Shown here piece after piece: positions 35,824 to 43,871 of a stretch of DNA of 45,672 bases (position 1 is its first letter; each line of letters starts with the position of its first letter). The notes under the pieces were generated by a model, which saw only the letters and a list, made by a program, of their open reading frames with translations, was not told the origin of the DNA and ran no database searches. Made by a program: the position numbers and the translations under genes. The stretch spans positions 1 through 45,672 of the forward strand of contig JAPYRS010000004.1 of NCBI GenBank assembly GCA_029936875.1, read 5' to 3'. This DNA comes from Alphaproteobacteria bacterium. GTDB lineage: Bacteria; Pseudomonadota; Alphaproteobacteria; SHVP01.

Positions 35824-37189
35824 CTAGGTTTTGCAGCGCGGTTCCGCAACGACCATGCCGCGACCGAAAATAGGATCCTTACCGGGCGTGCCGAGGTCGA
35901 AAGTTCGTCGCGCGAGAAGACGACGCAACGTTTCGGCGTCGGGCTTTGCGCCGCGGGCGACGGCCATACCGACAATTGCCGAAATATAGGGTGTCGCGAA
36001 AGACGTCCCACTCTGCACCTTGCCGCCGCCGGGAACGGCGGTCCACATCTTCACCCCGGGTGCTGCGAAATCGATGTAGTCACGGGAATTGGCGCGGCGA
36101 TAGACAAGAAATTCCTCATCGATAGCGGTTACCGCAACCACGGTCGGGATCGCCGCTGGGAAGGCGGGCCGGTCAGAGGACGCCCAGTTGCCCGCAGCCG
36201 CCACGGCGACAAGGCCATGCAGCTGCGCTTTCTTAAAGACGAGTTTCATCAGCGTATTGCCGCCGCCGGCAATGCTGAGATTAACGACGTGGACCTTCAT
36301 TTCGAGATCAACCATTCAAGTGCGCGCAACATCGCGACAAGGTTGCCCACCGTGCGGCCGTCCTCGTCGATTTCAAACATGTTGCCGGCGATCAGTTCTG
36401 CACCCGGTAACAGTCCGCCGAATCCCTCGCCGACCGGTTTGCCAACGAGAAGCGCGGCCATCGCGGTACCGTGCTGGGCCGCACCCGGTTTCCGGCTATC
36501 CCGATGAAAAGTTCGAAATTGTATCCGCTGGCCTACAAGCGCCGGGTGTTTCAGATCGACAAATCCGTCGATCAAACCGATGCGGACGTCTCGACCGCAA
36601 CTGCTGCTTGCCGGTTTCCATCCCATCCGTTCGAGAGCGAGGCTGTTGGGCTTCTGCCGGCGCCCGGCTCGAACACCGTATTCACGTCGGCAAGGATTCC
36701 GGGGAACGAACGGCGCAAAACATCCATGGCCTGATCGACCGTCTGCCTTCGGGGAATGCGAAGCCGGATCATCTTGAGGTCAAGGGTCTTCATTTCGAAC
36801 CGTTCGAGGATGCGGAAGCCAAGCCGGCGAACACCCGCTTCAAAACCATCGGGAAGGTTGGTGACGACGATTTCGCCGGGGACAAAACGCTCATCCGGAT
36901 TGCTTTGATCGCGACCGGGGGCGGGTTTGCTGCCGCGCGTAACGCGACGCGTTGGCGCTGCTGTACTGGTGCGCGGGCGGGCGTTGGTGGTTTCTTCAGA
37001 ATCGTCGTCTTCAGATTTGATTTCGCTCTGGCGTTTGCCGATGACGCGACCGTCCTTGTCATATTCAAGGATCGTCGTTTTGACCTGGGCTACGGCGTCA
37101 GGGGCGGGGCCAGCCAGCAGCAACAAAAATGCCGCTAAAACCGCGAGGCACACGGCGAAAATCCGAATTCCCTGAAGAGGCATGATCAT
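35824..37189 (-). pseudogene. S8 family (subtilisin-like) serine peptidase split into three ORFs by two frameshifts
   Basis: ORF 36572-37189 carries the signal peptide and pro-region. ORF 36297-36626 carries catalytic Asp (IGLIDGFVD) and His (HGTAMAALL). ORF 35824-36315 carries the oxyanion Asn (VVNLSIAGGGN) and catalytic Ser (SGTSFATPY). The junctions are at about 36633-36668 and about 36303-36305. Confidence 0.85.
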
Positions 37190-37249
37190 CGCGTCATTCT
37201 ATCAGAGGATGTCTTAACCAGACGCTAGACGCATTTATTCCTGAAGACG

Positions 37250-38110
37250 TTACGAGGCGCGGTGGGCAGTCACGATCCATGTCGAGGAGCCCATCGAAAC
37301 ACCGTCTGGCCCGGCATAGGGTACAAAAGCTTCCAATAATTCCTTTTCGACCGCCTCGTAGATTTTGGGGCTGAGGTCGGCGAGCCAACCAGCCGAAAGG
37401 CTTTGCGCCAAATAGAAAGAGGTGGCCTCTGCAATTGTGCCCCCACCACCGACCAAAATATCCCGGTCCAATCGCTCGATTTCGATTTGATCAAAACCGG
37501 CACCGCTCAACAGGGATTTGAGGGCGTCCGCATCCGCGAGGGCAAAGGGGCCCGGTGCGCCGGGCGGCATCGGCTCCTGCGGCGGCGCATATTTTGCGCT
37601 GATCGCACTTGGAACCTGAAGCCAGGGGTTTTCGTCCGCGTCTCGCCAACAGATAAACGTGAGACGACCGCCCGGTTTCAGCGCAGTCCGCAAATTTGCG
37701 AACGCCGCTGGATTATCGTCAAAAAACATGATCCCGAAGCGGGAGAAGATCCGGTCCGCCTCAAACCCGGAAAAATCATGTGTGGACGCGTCACTTGCAT
37801 TGAATGTCAGCGATGATCCGTCCGGCACCTTTCGCAAACGCGCCTCCGCCAGCATCACTTCGGAAATATCAATTCCGGTGACCGAACCCCCAGGCGCGAC
37901 CAGCGCGGCAATGGCCGCTGATGACCCGCCGCAGCCGCAGCCAATATCGATTACCGATTGTCCGGGTGCAAATTCGCCGCGTTTCAGGGCCGCTTCAGCG
38001 AGCGGCGCGAGCATGTTGTCAAATTGATCGCGTGCGCGGACCCAATGTTCGCCCATGCCACCGTTCCAGAATTCGATTTGGCCGGCATTTGAAGTTTGAT
38101 CTTTATCCAT
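37250..38110 (-). CDS. Class I SAM-dependent methyltransferase
   Basis: 286 aa with motif I VIDIGCGCGGSS. Confidence 0.85.
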   Translation of the reverse strand: MDKDQTSNAGQIEFWNGGMGEHWVRARDQFDNMLAPLAEAALKRGEFAPGQSVIDIGCGCGGSSAAIAALVAPGGSVTGIDISEVMLAEARLRKVPDGSSLTFNASDASTHDFSGFEADRIFSRFGIMFFDDNPAAFANLRTALKPGGRLTFICWRDADENPWLQVPSAISAKYAPPQEPMPPGAPGPFALADADALKSLLSGAGFDQIEIERLDRDILVGGGGTIAEATSFYLAQSLSAGWLADLSPKIYEAVEKELLEAFVPYAGPDGVSMGSSTWIVTAHRAS

Positions 38111-38280
38111 GTGTGACCTTAGGCACAGCTGGCCTGACGCTGCAATCTGCAGGCAACTCGATTATCCGAAACCACACTGTGTCGCTCTGCTAACCCCGTT
38201 GCGTTTCTGGCCCGTTGCAGCGCAGGCCCGGCTGAGCTAAAAGCGGGTCCCAAATTTCATCAACTTGACCGGAGCCCTGA

Positions 38281-39960
38281 ATGGCCGCCGCACAATATGT
38301 CTACGTCATGCAGGAGCTTTCCAAGACCTACCCGGGTGGGCGCCAGATCCTGAAGGATATTTCGCTATCCTTCAATCCGGGCGCGAAGATTGGTGTGCTC
38401 GGCCTGAACGGCTCGGGCAAATCGACGCTGCTCAAGATTATGGCCGGGATCGAGACCGAATTTTCCGGCGAGGCCTGGGCGGCTGAAGGCCAAAAAGTCG
38501 GCTTCCTCTCACAGGAGCCAGAACTCGACCTGGACAAAGATGTGCAGGCCAATGTCATGGACGGGGTCGTCGACATGATGGGTGCGTTGAAGCGATTTGA
38601 AGCGGTCAACGAAAAGTTCGCCGATGTTGATCCGGACGACATGGACGCACTGCTGACCGAGCAGGCGGAGCTACAAGAAATAATCGAGGCCGGTAACGGC
38701 TGGGACCTCGACCGGGTTGCCCAGATCGCGATGGACGCGCTTCGGTGCCCTCCTGGCGATGCCGATGTGACAACGCTGTCCGGCGGTGAAAAACGACGCG
38801 TCGCCCTCTGCCGTCTGTTGCTCGAAAAGCCTGACATTCTGTTATTGGACGAGCCGACCAATCACCTTGACGCCGAGTCGGTCGCCTGGCTTGAACAGTT
38901 TCTGCAAGAGTATGAAGGCACCGTCATTGCGGTCACCCATGACCGGTATTTTCTCGACAATGTCGCCGGATGGATTCTTGAACTCGATCGTGGTGCCGGT
39001 ATTCCCTGGAAGGGAAATTATTCGTCGTGGCTCGACCAAAAAGAAAAACGGTTGGAGCAGGAAGGCAAAGCGGAAGATTCGCGCCGCCAAACCCTGAAAC
39101 ATGAACTCGAGTGGATTCGCCAATCGCCAAGTGCGCGGCGGGCAAAAAGCAAGGCACGGATTTCAGGCTACGAAACACTGCTTGCCAAAGGGACGGAGGC
39201 AGTCAGTGGGGCAGCCCAGATTGTCATCCCGGCAGGGCCGCGCCTCGGCGATGTTGTGGTGGAAACCGAGGGACTTTTCAAAGGGTACGGCGCGAACCTG
39301 CTGATCGAAGATCTCAATTTTCGGCTGCCGCCCGGCGGAATTGTTGGCGTTATCGGGGCCAACGGCGCCGGCAAAACAACACTTTTCCGGATGATGACGG
39401 GCCTTGAAACCCCGGATAAAGGCTCGCTCCGCATCGGCGAAACGGTGGTCATGGGCTATGTCGATCAAAGTCGCAACGCGTTGAAACCGGACGCGACAGT
39501 TTGGGAAGAAATTTCAGAGGGTCAGGACGAGATCGACCTCGGCAAACGGCAGATGCCGAGCCGGGCCTATGTCGGTGCGTTCAACTTCAAGGGTGCCGAT
39601 CAGCAGAAGAAAGTTGGCCAGCTATCGGGCGGTGAACGGAACCGGGTGCATCTCGCAAAAATGCTGAAAACGGCGGCAAACCTGTTGCTACTTGATGAGC
39701 CGACCAATGATCTCGATGTCGATACCTTGCGCGCGCTTGAAGAGGCGCTCCTATCGTTTGCCGGTTGCGCGGTCATCATCAGCCATGATCGCTGGTTTCT
39801 CGACCGGGTCGCGACGCATATTCTGGCGTTTGAAGGCGACAGCCATGTCGAATGGTTTGAAGGCAATTATGAAGATTATGAGGCCGATTATCGCCGCCGC
39901 TACGGCGACGCCGCACTTCGCCCCCACCGTATCAAGTACAAGGCCTTTCCCAAAACCTGA
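38281..39960 (+). CDS. ettA: Energy-dependent translational throttle protein EttA (ABC-F)
   Basis: 559 aa with two ABC cassettes (GLNGSGKST / LSGGEKRR and GANGAGKTT / LSGGERNR). The N-terminus ..YVYVMQELSKTYPGGRQILKDISLSF is typical of EttA. Confidence 0.95.
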   Translation: MAAAQYVYVMQELSKTYPGGRQILKDISLSFNPGAKIGVLGLNGSGKSTLLKIMAGIETEFSGEAWAAEGQKVGFLSQEPELDLDKDVQANVMDGVVDMMGALKRFEAVNEKFADVDPDDMDALLTEQAELQEIIEAGNGWDLDRVAQIAMDALRCPPGDADVTTLSGGEKRRVALCRLLLEKPDILLLDEPTNHLDAESVAWLEQFLQEYEGTVIAVTHDRYFLDNVAGWILELDRGAGIPWKGNYSSWLDQKEKRLEQEGKAEDSRRQTLKHELEWIRQSPSARRAKSKARISGYETLLAKGTEAVSGAAQIVIPAGPRLGDVVVETEGLFKGYGANLLIEDLNFRLPPGGIVGVIGANGAGKTTLFRMMTGLETPDKGSLRIGETVVMGYVDQSRNALKPDATVWEEISEGQDEIDLGKRQMPSRAYVGAFNFKGADQQKKVGQLSGGERNRVHLAKMLKTAANLLLLDEPTNDLDVDTLRALEEALLSFAGCAVIISHDRWFLDRVATHILAFEGDSHVEWFEGNYEDYEADYRRRYGDAALRPHRIKYKAFPKT

Positions 39961-40034
39961 CGTCCAAAGACCTAGTGTCCCTGGGGCTTAACGCCGAAGC
40001 GTTCTGACGATTAGAGTTTTGAGAGGCCGCGCCC

Positions 40035-40053
40035 GGTGCGGTGCGGTGCGGTG
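40035..40053. repeat. Pentanucleotide microsatellite (GGTGC) x3.8
   Basis: GGTGCGGTGCGGTGCGGTG, read directly. It lies 2 nt downstream of the mlaC stop in the convergent ettA/mlaC spacer. Confidence 0.6.
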
Positions 40054-40055
40054 AA

Positions 40056-40658
40056 TTACTGGGTGCGGGTCCGCAATTCGACCAGCAGACTTTCGACTTT
40101 GCCGCCCGCCCGTTCGATGACCGATGCAAACTGGTCGCGCTGTGTAATCACCATGCTGATGCCTTCGACGACGACATCAATAATTTTGAACGTCTCGTCC
40201 TTGGACCGGACCCGCCAATCAACGCGGATGGGTGGGCCGCCCGCCTGAATAATTTCCGTTCGAACGATGACATCGGCTTCACCGTCTTCGCGTGCGGTTT
40301 TGATCTTGAGCGTCTGGCCGTCATACTGGCTGAGCTGGTTTGCATAGGTGAGAACGATAAATTCCTGAAACAGCGCCGAATATTCGCTCCGCTCCACCGG
40401 GCTTGCGCGCCGCCAATACCGGCCGAGCACGTAACGGCCAATGAGATGCATATCGAAGCCGGTGGTAAGGATCCGCCGAAATTCGTTGGTCCGTTCTTCT
40501 TTCGGCAGTTCCGACCTTGCCAGCACTTTGATCGCGTTGTCACCGAGGCTGGCGACAAACATCTTCGCTTCGTGGGTTTCATCGGCAAATGCGGGTCGGA
40601 ACGCGAGGCCAATAATGAAAACGGCAAATAATGTTTTGGCAATAATTCGCATAATCAA
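40056..40658 (-). CDS. mlaC: MlaC/Ttg2D phospholipid-binding periplasmic protein
   Basis: A signal peptide, then ..IGRYVLGRYWRRASPVERSEYSALFQEF....YDGQTLKI....IRVDWRV......KIIDVVVEGISMVITQRDQF, the Ttg2D/MlaC pattern. Confidence 0.85.
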   Translation of the reverse strand: MIMRIIAKTLFAVFIIGLAFRPAFADETHEAKMFVASLGDNAIKVLARSELPKEERTNEFRRILTTGFDMHLIGRYVLGRYWRRASPVERSEYSALFQEFIVLTYANQLSQYDGQTLKIKTAREDGEADVIVRTEIIQAGGPPIRVDWRVRSKDETFKIIDVVVEGISMVITQRDQFASVIERAGGKVESLLVELRTRTQ

Positions 40659-40673
40659 TTCAGGACTTCGAAC

Positions 40674-41489
40674 CTAATCGTCAGAGAGCAGCGCGGTTTC
40701 GTCATCGTCAGGGTCGTCGAGGGAAAAGTCTGGCAATACCGGCAAGGACGGGACTTCACCATTGTGAATCTCGCTTTGCCGTTGTTGCCTGTAGAGGCTG
40801 CGGACCGTGGCATAGAAATCAATTGAGGACCGCTCAATTTCGTCAAGCGTTTCAATTGAGCGCGCCCGGGCGTCTATTCCACGCACCGCCGTTCGGGCCA
40901 ACATCAGACGTTCCTGGTCGGTATCTTTCGCCCAATATCGAAGCGGATCCATATAATAATCGACACCGAGACCGAAGGCGTCACGCAGCGACGACGGGCC
41001 AAAGGCCGGCAAAACCAGATAAAAGCCCTCGCCCATGCCCCAAACGCCAAGAGTCTGCCCGAAATCCTCAGAATGGCGGGGAAATCCCATTTTGGCGGCG
41101 ACATCAAATATTCCGGCGAGACCAAGGGTGCTGTTGATCAGGAAACGTGCCGTTGTATTGCCAGCCCGGGGGATGTTGCCCTGGAGAATATCGTTGGCAA
41201 GAACGACCGGGCTTTCAAGATTCCGCAGAAAGGCAACAACAGCCTTCCGCCCAGGCGCGGGAATGACCGTCCGATAGAGTTCTGCAACAGGCCGAACAAT
41301 TACGAAATCAGCGGCCAGATTGATCGAAAAGACCATTCTATTGAGGCCTTCCAAGGGATCGCCGTTTCCGGGCGCCTCCTCGTTGCCCGCGGTCGTGCTG
41401 GCACAGGCGGACAGCAACAAGGAAACCGCCAAGACCCCGACAAGGCGAAATCGCTTGCCAATACTGAATGGAGATTTGGTCAAAGGCAT
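40674..41489 (-). CDS. mlaA: MlaA/VacJ family outer-membrane lipoprotein
   Basis: Lipobox LLLSAC, then the DPLEGLNRMVFSINL motif. Start chosen at MPLTK (41489) rather than the ORF maximum at 41627. Confidence 0.85.
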   Translation of the reverse strand: MPLTKSPFSIGKRFRLVGVLAVSLLLSACASTTAGNEEAPGNGDPLEGLNRMVFSINLAADFVIVRPVAELYRTVIPAPGRKAVVAFLRNLESPVVLANDILQGNIPRAGNTTARFLINSTLGLAGIFDVAAKMGFPRHSEDFGQTLGVWGMGEGFYLVLPAFGPSSLRDAFGLGVDYYMDPLRYWAKDTDQERLMLARTAVRGIDARARSIETLDEIERSSIDFYATVRSLYRQQRQSEIHNGEVPSLPVLPDFSLDDPDDDETALLSDD

Positions 41490-41813
41490 ACAAGGCCAGC
41501 TAGTTCTACAATTGCAATCGCGAAAGAACTGCTCATTTACCCTTCCAACCGGAAATATTTTGCTAACAAAGTTCGTTAACCAAACGCGCATACCGCGGCG
41601 TTCTGGGGATGTGCCCCCAGAAACCATGATTTGATTATCACATGGATTTGCCGAACACTAGTTATCCACCAACGGTTTGCGGCTTCTTTATCACGCATGT
41701 GGCGAAAATGCCGCGGCGGAAAAATTTGCCGGGAAATCAACTGTTTCTGGACGACTTAAAGTAAATATTTGGGTCGGAGACGGCGCGGTTTCTCGCCCAT
41801 TTCATTCAAAATG

Positions 41814-41842
41814 TTGCAATACATAAATATATCTTTATATAT
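41814..41842 (+). promoter_or_regulatory. Sigma70-like promoter TTGCAA-N16-TATATA, flanked by two ATGTTGCAAT direct repeats
   Basis: -35 TTGCAA at 41814-41819 and -10 TATATA at 41836-41841. The 10-mer ATGTTGCAAT occurs at 41811-41820 and 41841-41850, and the second copy overlaps the annotated ATG of the ArsR-methyltransferase gene. Confidence 0.35.
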
Positions 41843-41848
41843 GTTGCA

Positions 41849-42943
41849 ATGAAATCTCCGGACCAGAATAGGGCGTCCACCGATTACGCGACGTCGCCTC
41901 AAGCTTTGCCTCGTCAGATTCCGCGGGGCCGAGGCGCCGCTGAGGCCAAAAAGGGAGATATATCACGCGGCGGCGGCCATCCAGATGACACTGCATTTGG
42001 TGCCGATCTTTTACTGGCGGCACTGAAGGCAGCGGGGGAGCCGACCCGGCTGCGATTGCTTGCTTTGACGGCGCAGGCAGAGCTCACCGTCACCGAACTC
42101 ACCCATATTCTCGGGCAGAGCCAACCCCGCGTTTCTCGCCATTTGAAGCTTCTTTGCGATGCTGGACTGCTGGAACGCTTCCCGGAGGGGACCTGGGTTT
42201 TTTACCGACTTGCGCGAAACGGCCGGGCGGCAGAGATCGGCCGAACTTTGGTCAGTCTGATTCCCGCCGACAGTGGCGACACCGCAAACGACAGCGCCCG
42301 TCTGGCGACGGTAAAGGCCGCGCGTGCGGACGCCGCCGCAGACTATTTCAAAGCCAATGCAACTGAATGGGACCGGATCCGTTCACTCCATGTCCCGGAA
42401 GCGAAGGTCGAAGAAGCCGTTCTCGGTCTGGTAAGTAATCGGAAAATTTCTGATCTGCTCGACATTGGCACTGGAACCGGTCGAATTCTTGAATTGCTCG
42501 GTCCAAGTGTTGACCGCGGCGTCGGCGTTGACCTCAGTCGCGAGATGCTGGCGCTCGCACGGGCGCGTCTCGAAAGCGCAGGCTTGAAGAATTGCGAGGT
42601 ACGCCACGCCGATCTTTATAGTCTTCCGTTCGCGGCGAACTCGATCGACGCGATCACCTGCCATCAGGTTCTCCACTTTGCCACCGATCCGGCCGCCGCC
42701 GTTGCCGAGGCGGCGCGGGTGTTAAGGCCCGGCGGAATAATTGTGATTGTCGATTTTGCCCCGCATGAAGTCGAAGCCCTGCGCGAACGGCATGCCCACC
42801 GTCGCCTTGGTTTCACGGATGATGAAGTTGCCGCGTGGTTGTTTGCCGTTGGCCTAGGTGCCGGGCCAACCCAGCACCTCGCCGGAGACCCTCTCACTGT
42901 AGCGGTCTGGACAGGGATCGCGCCTGATGAAGGGAGCGATTGA
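41849..42943 (+). CDS. ArsR/SmtB-family HTH regulator fused to a class I SAM-dependent methyltransferase
   Basis: ArsR HTH (..GEPTRLRLLAL....ELTVTELTHILGQSQPRVSRHLKLL..AGL) plus methyltransferase motif I LLDIGTGTGRIL. The first ~55 codons look non-conserved, so the true start may be downstream. Confidence 0.85.
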   Translation: MKSPDQNRASTDYATSPQALPRQIPRGRGAAEAKKGDISRGGGHPDDTAFGADLLLAALKAAGEPTRLRLLALTAQAELTVTELTHILGQSQPRVSRHLKLLCDAGLLERFPEGTWVFYRLARNGRAAEIGRTLVSLIPADSGDTANDSARLATVKAARADAAADYFKANATEWDRIRSLHVPEAKVEEAVLGLVSNRKISDLLDIGTGTGRILELLGPSVDRGVGVDLSREMLALARARLESAGLKNCEVRHADLYSLPFAANSIDAITCHQVLHFATDPAAAVAEAARVLRPGGIIVIVDFAPHEVEALRERHAHRRLGFTDDEVAAWLFAVGLGAGPTQHLAGDPLTVAVWTGIAPDEGSD

Positions 42944-43863
42944 TGGTGGCTTCCTCAAAGGTAATCGACGGACGCTCGCCGGGAATCGTCACGCGCATTT
43001 CTGACGCAGGTGCGCCCAGGGTCTCATTCGAATTTTTCCCGCCCAATACGCCGGACGCGGAAGCGGCACTGTGGAAATCGGTCGAACGTTTGGCGCCGTT
43101 GTCACCAGCATTTGTCTCAGTGACCTACGGCGCCGGTGGCAGCACCCGCGAGAAAACCCACCGCATTGTCGAGACGCTACAAAATCAAAACAAACTTGAG
43201 GCGGCGGCGCACCTCACCTGCGTGGGTGCTAGCCGGGCCGAGGTGGATGAGGTGGCGCGTGCCTACTGGAAGGCAGGCATTCATCACGTGGTCGCGCTGC
43301 GCGGTGATCCGCCCAAGGGCGAGACCCATTTCGAGGCGCACCCGGACGGGTATTCGAATGCAGCGGAACTGGTGACGGGCTTACGAAAAATCGAGAATTT
43401 TCAGGTATCTGTTGCCGCCTATCCTGAAGTTCATCCCGAAGCGGAAAATGCCCAAGCCGACCTCGACTACCTCAAACGAAAAGTGGGCGAAGGCGCAAAT
43501 CGAGCCATCACCCAGTTCTTTTTTGAGGCGGACGTATTTCTGCGATTTCGCGACCGCACCCAAAAGGCCGGAATTGACGTGCCGATCGTGCCGGGCATCA
43601 TGCCGGTAACAAGTTTCAAAGGTGTCTCGCGGTTTGCAAAATTGTGCGGCGCTTCGATCCCGGACTGGCTCGGTCATCTGTTCGAAGGCCTCGACGATGA
43701 TGTTGAAACGCGAAAATTATTGGGCGCCACTGTCGCTGCCGAACAATGCCGGCTGTTGCAGGACGAAGGCGTCAACCAATTTCACTTCTACACCCTGAAC
43801 CGCGCCGATTTGAGTTACGCCATTTGTCATGTGCTGGGCCTTCGTCCCACATTCACGGAATAG
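42940..43863 (+). CDS. metF: Methylenetetrahydrofolate reductase MetF
   Basis: [14 protein letters not shown]...[10 protein letters not shown]...HLTCVG. The start overlaps the upstream stop (ATGA). Confidence 0.95.
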   Translation: MMVASSKVIDGRSPGIVTRISDAGAPRVSFEFFPPNTPDAEAALWKSVERLAPLSPAFVSVTYGAGGSTREKTHRIVETLQNQNKLEAAAHLTCVGASRAEVDEVARAYWKAGIHHVVALRGDPPKGETHFEAHPDGYSNAAELVTGLRKIENFQVSVAAYPEVHPEAENAQADLDYLKRKVGEGANRAITQFFFEADVFLRFRDRTQKAGIDVPIVPGIMPVTSFKGVSRFAKLCGASIPDWLGHLFEGLDDDVETRKLLGATVAAEQCRLLQDEGVNQFHFYTLNRADLSYAICHVLGLRPTFTE

Positions 43864-43871
43864 TTTTTTGT

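Noticed and set aside
3813-36668. Programmed ribosomal frameshifting as an explanation for the split genes.
   Set aside because: The sites occur in eight unrelated genes and lack slippery heptamers and downstream structures. In several cases they coexist with nonsense codons in the same gene.
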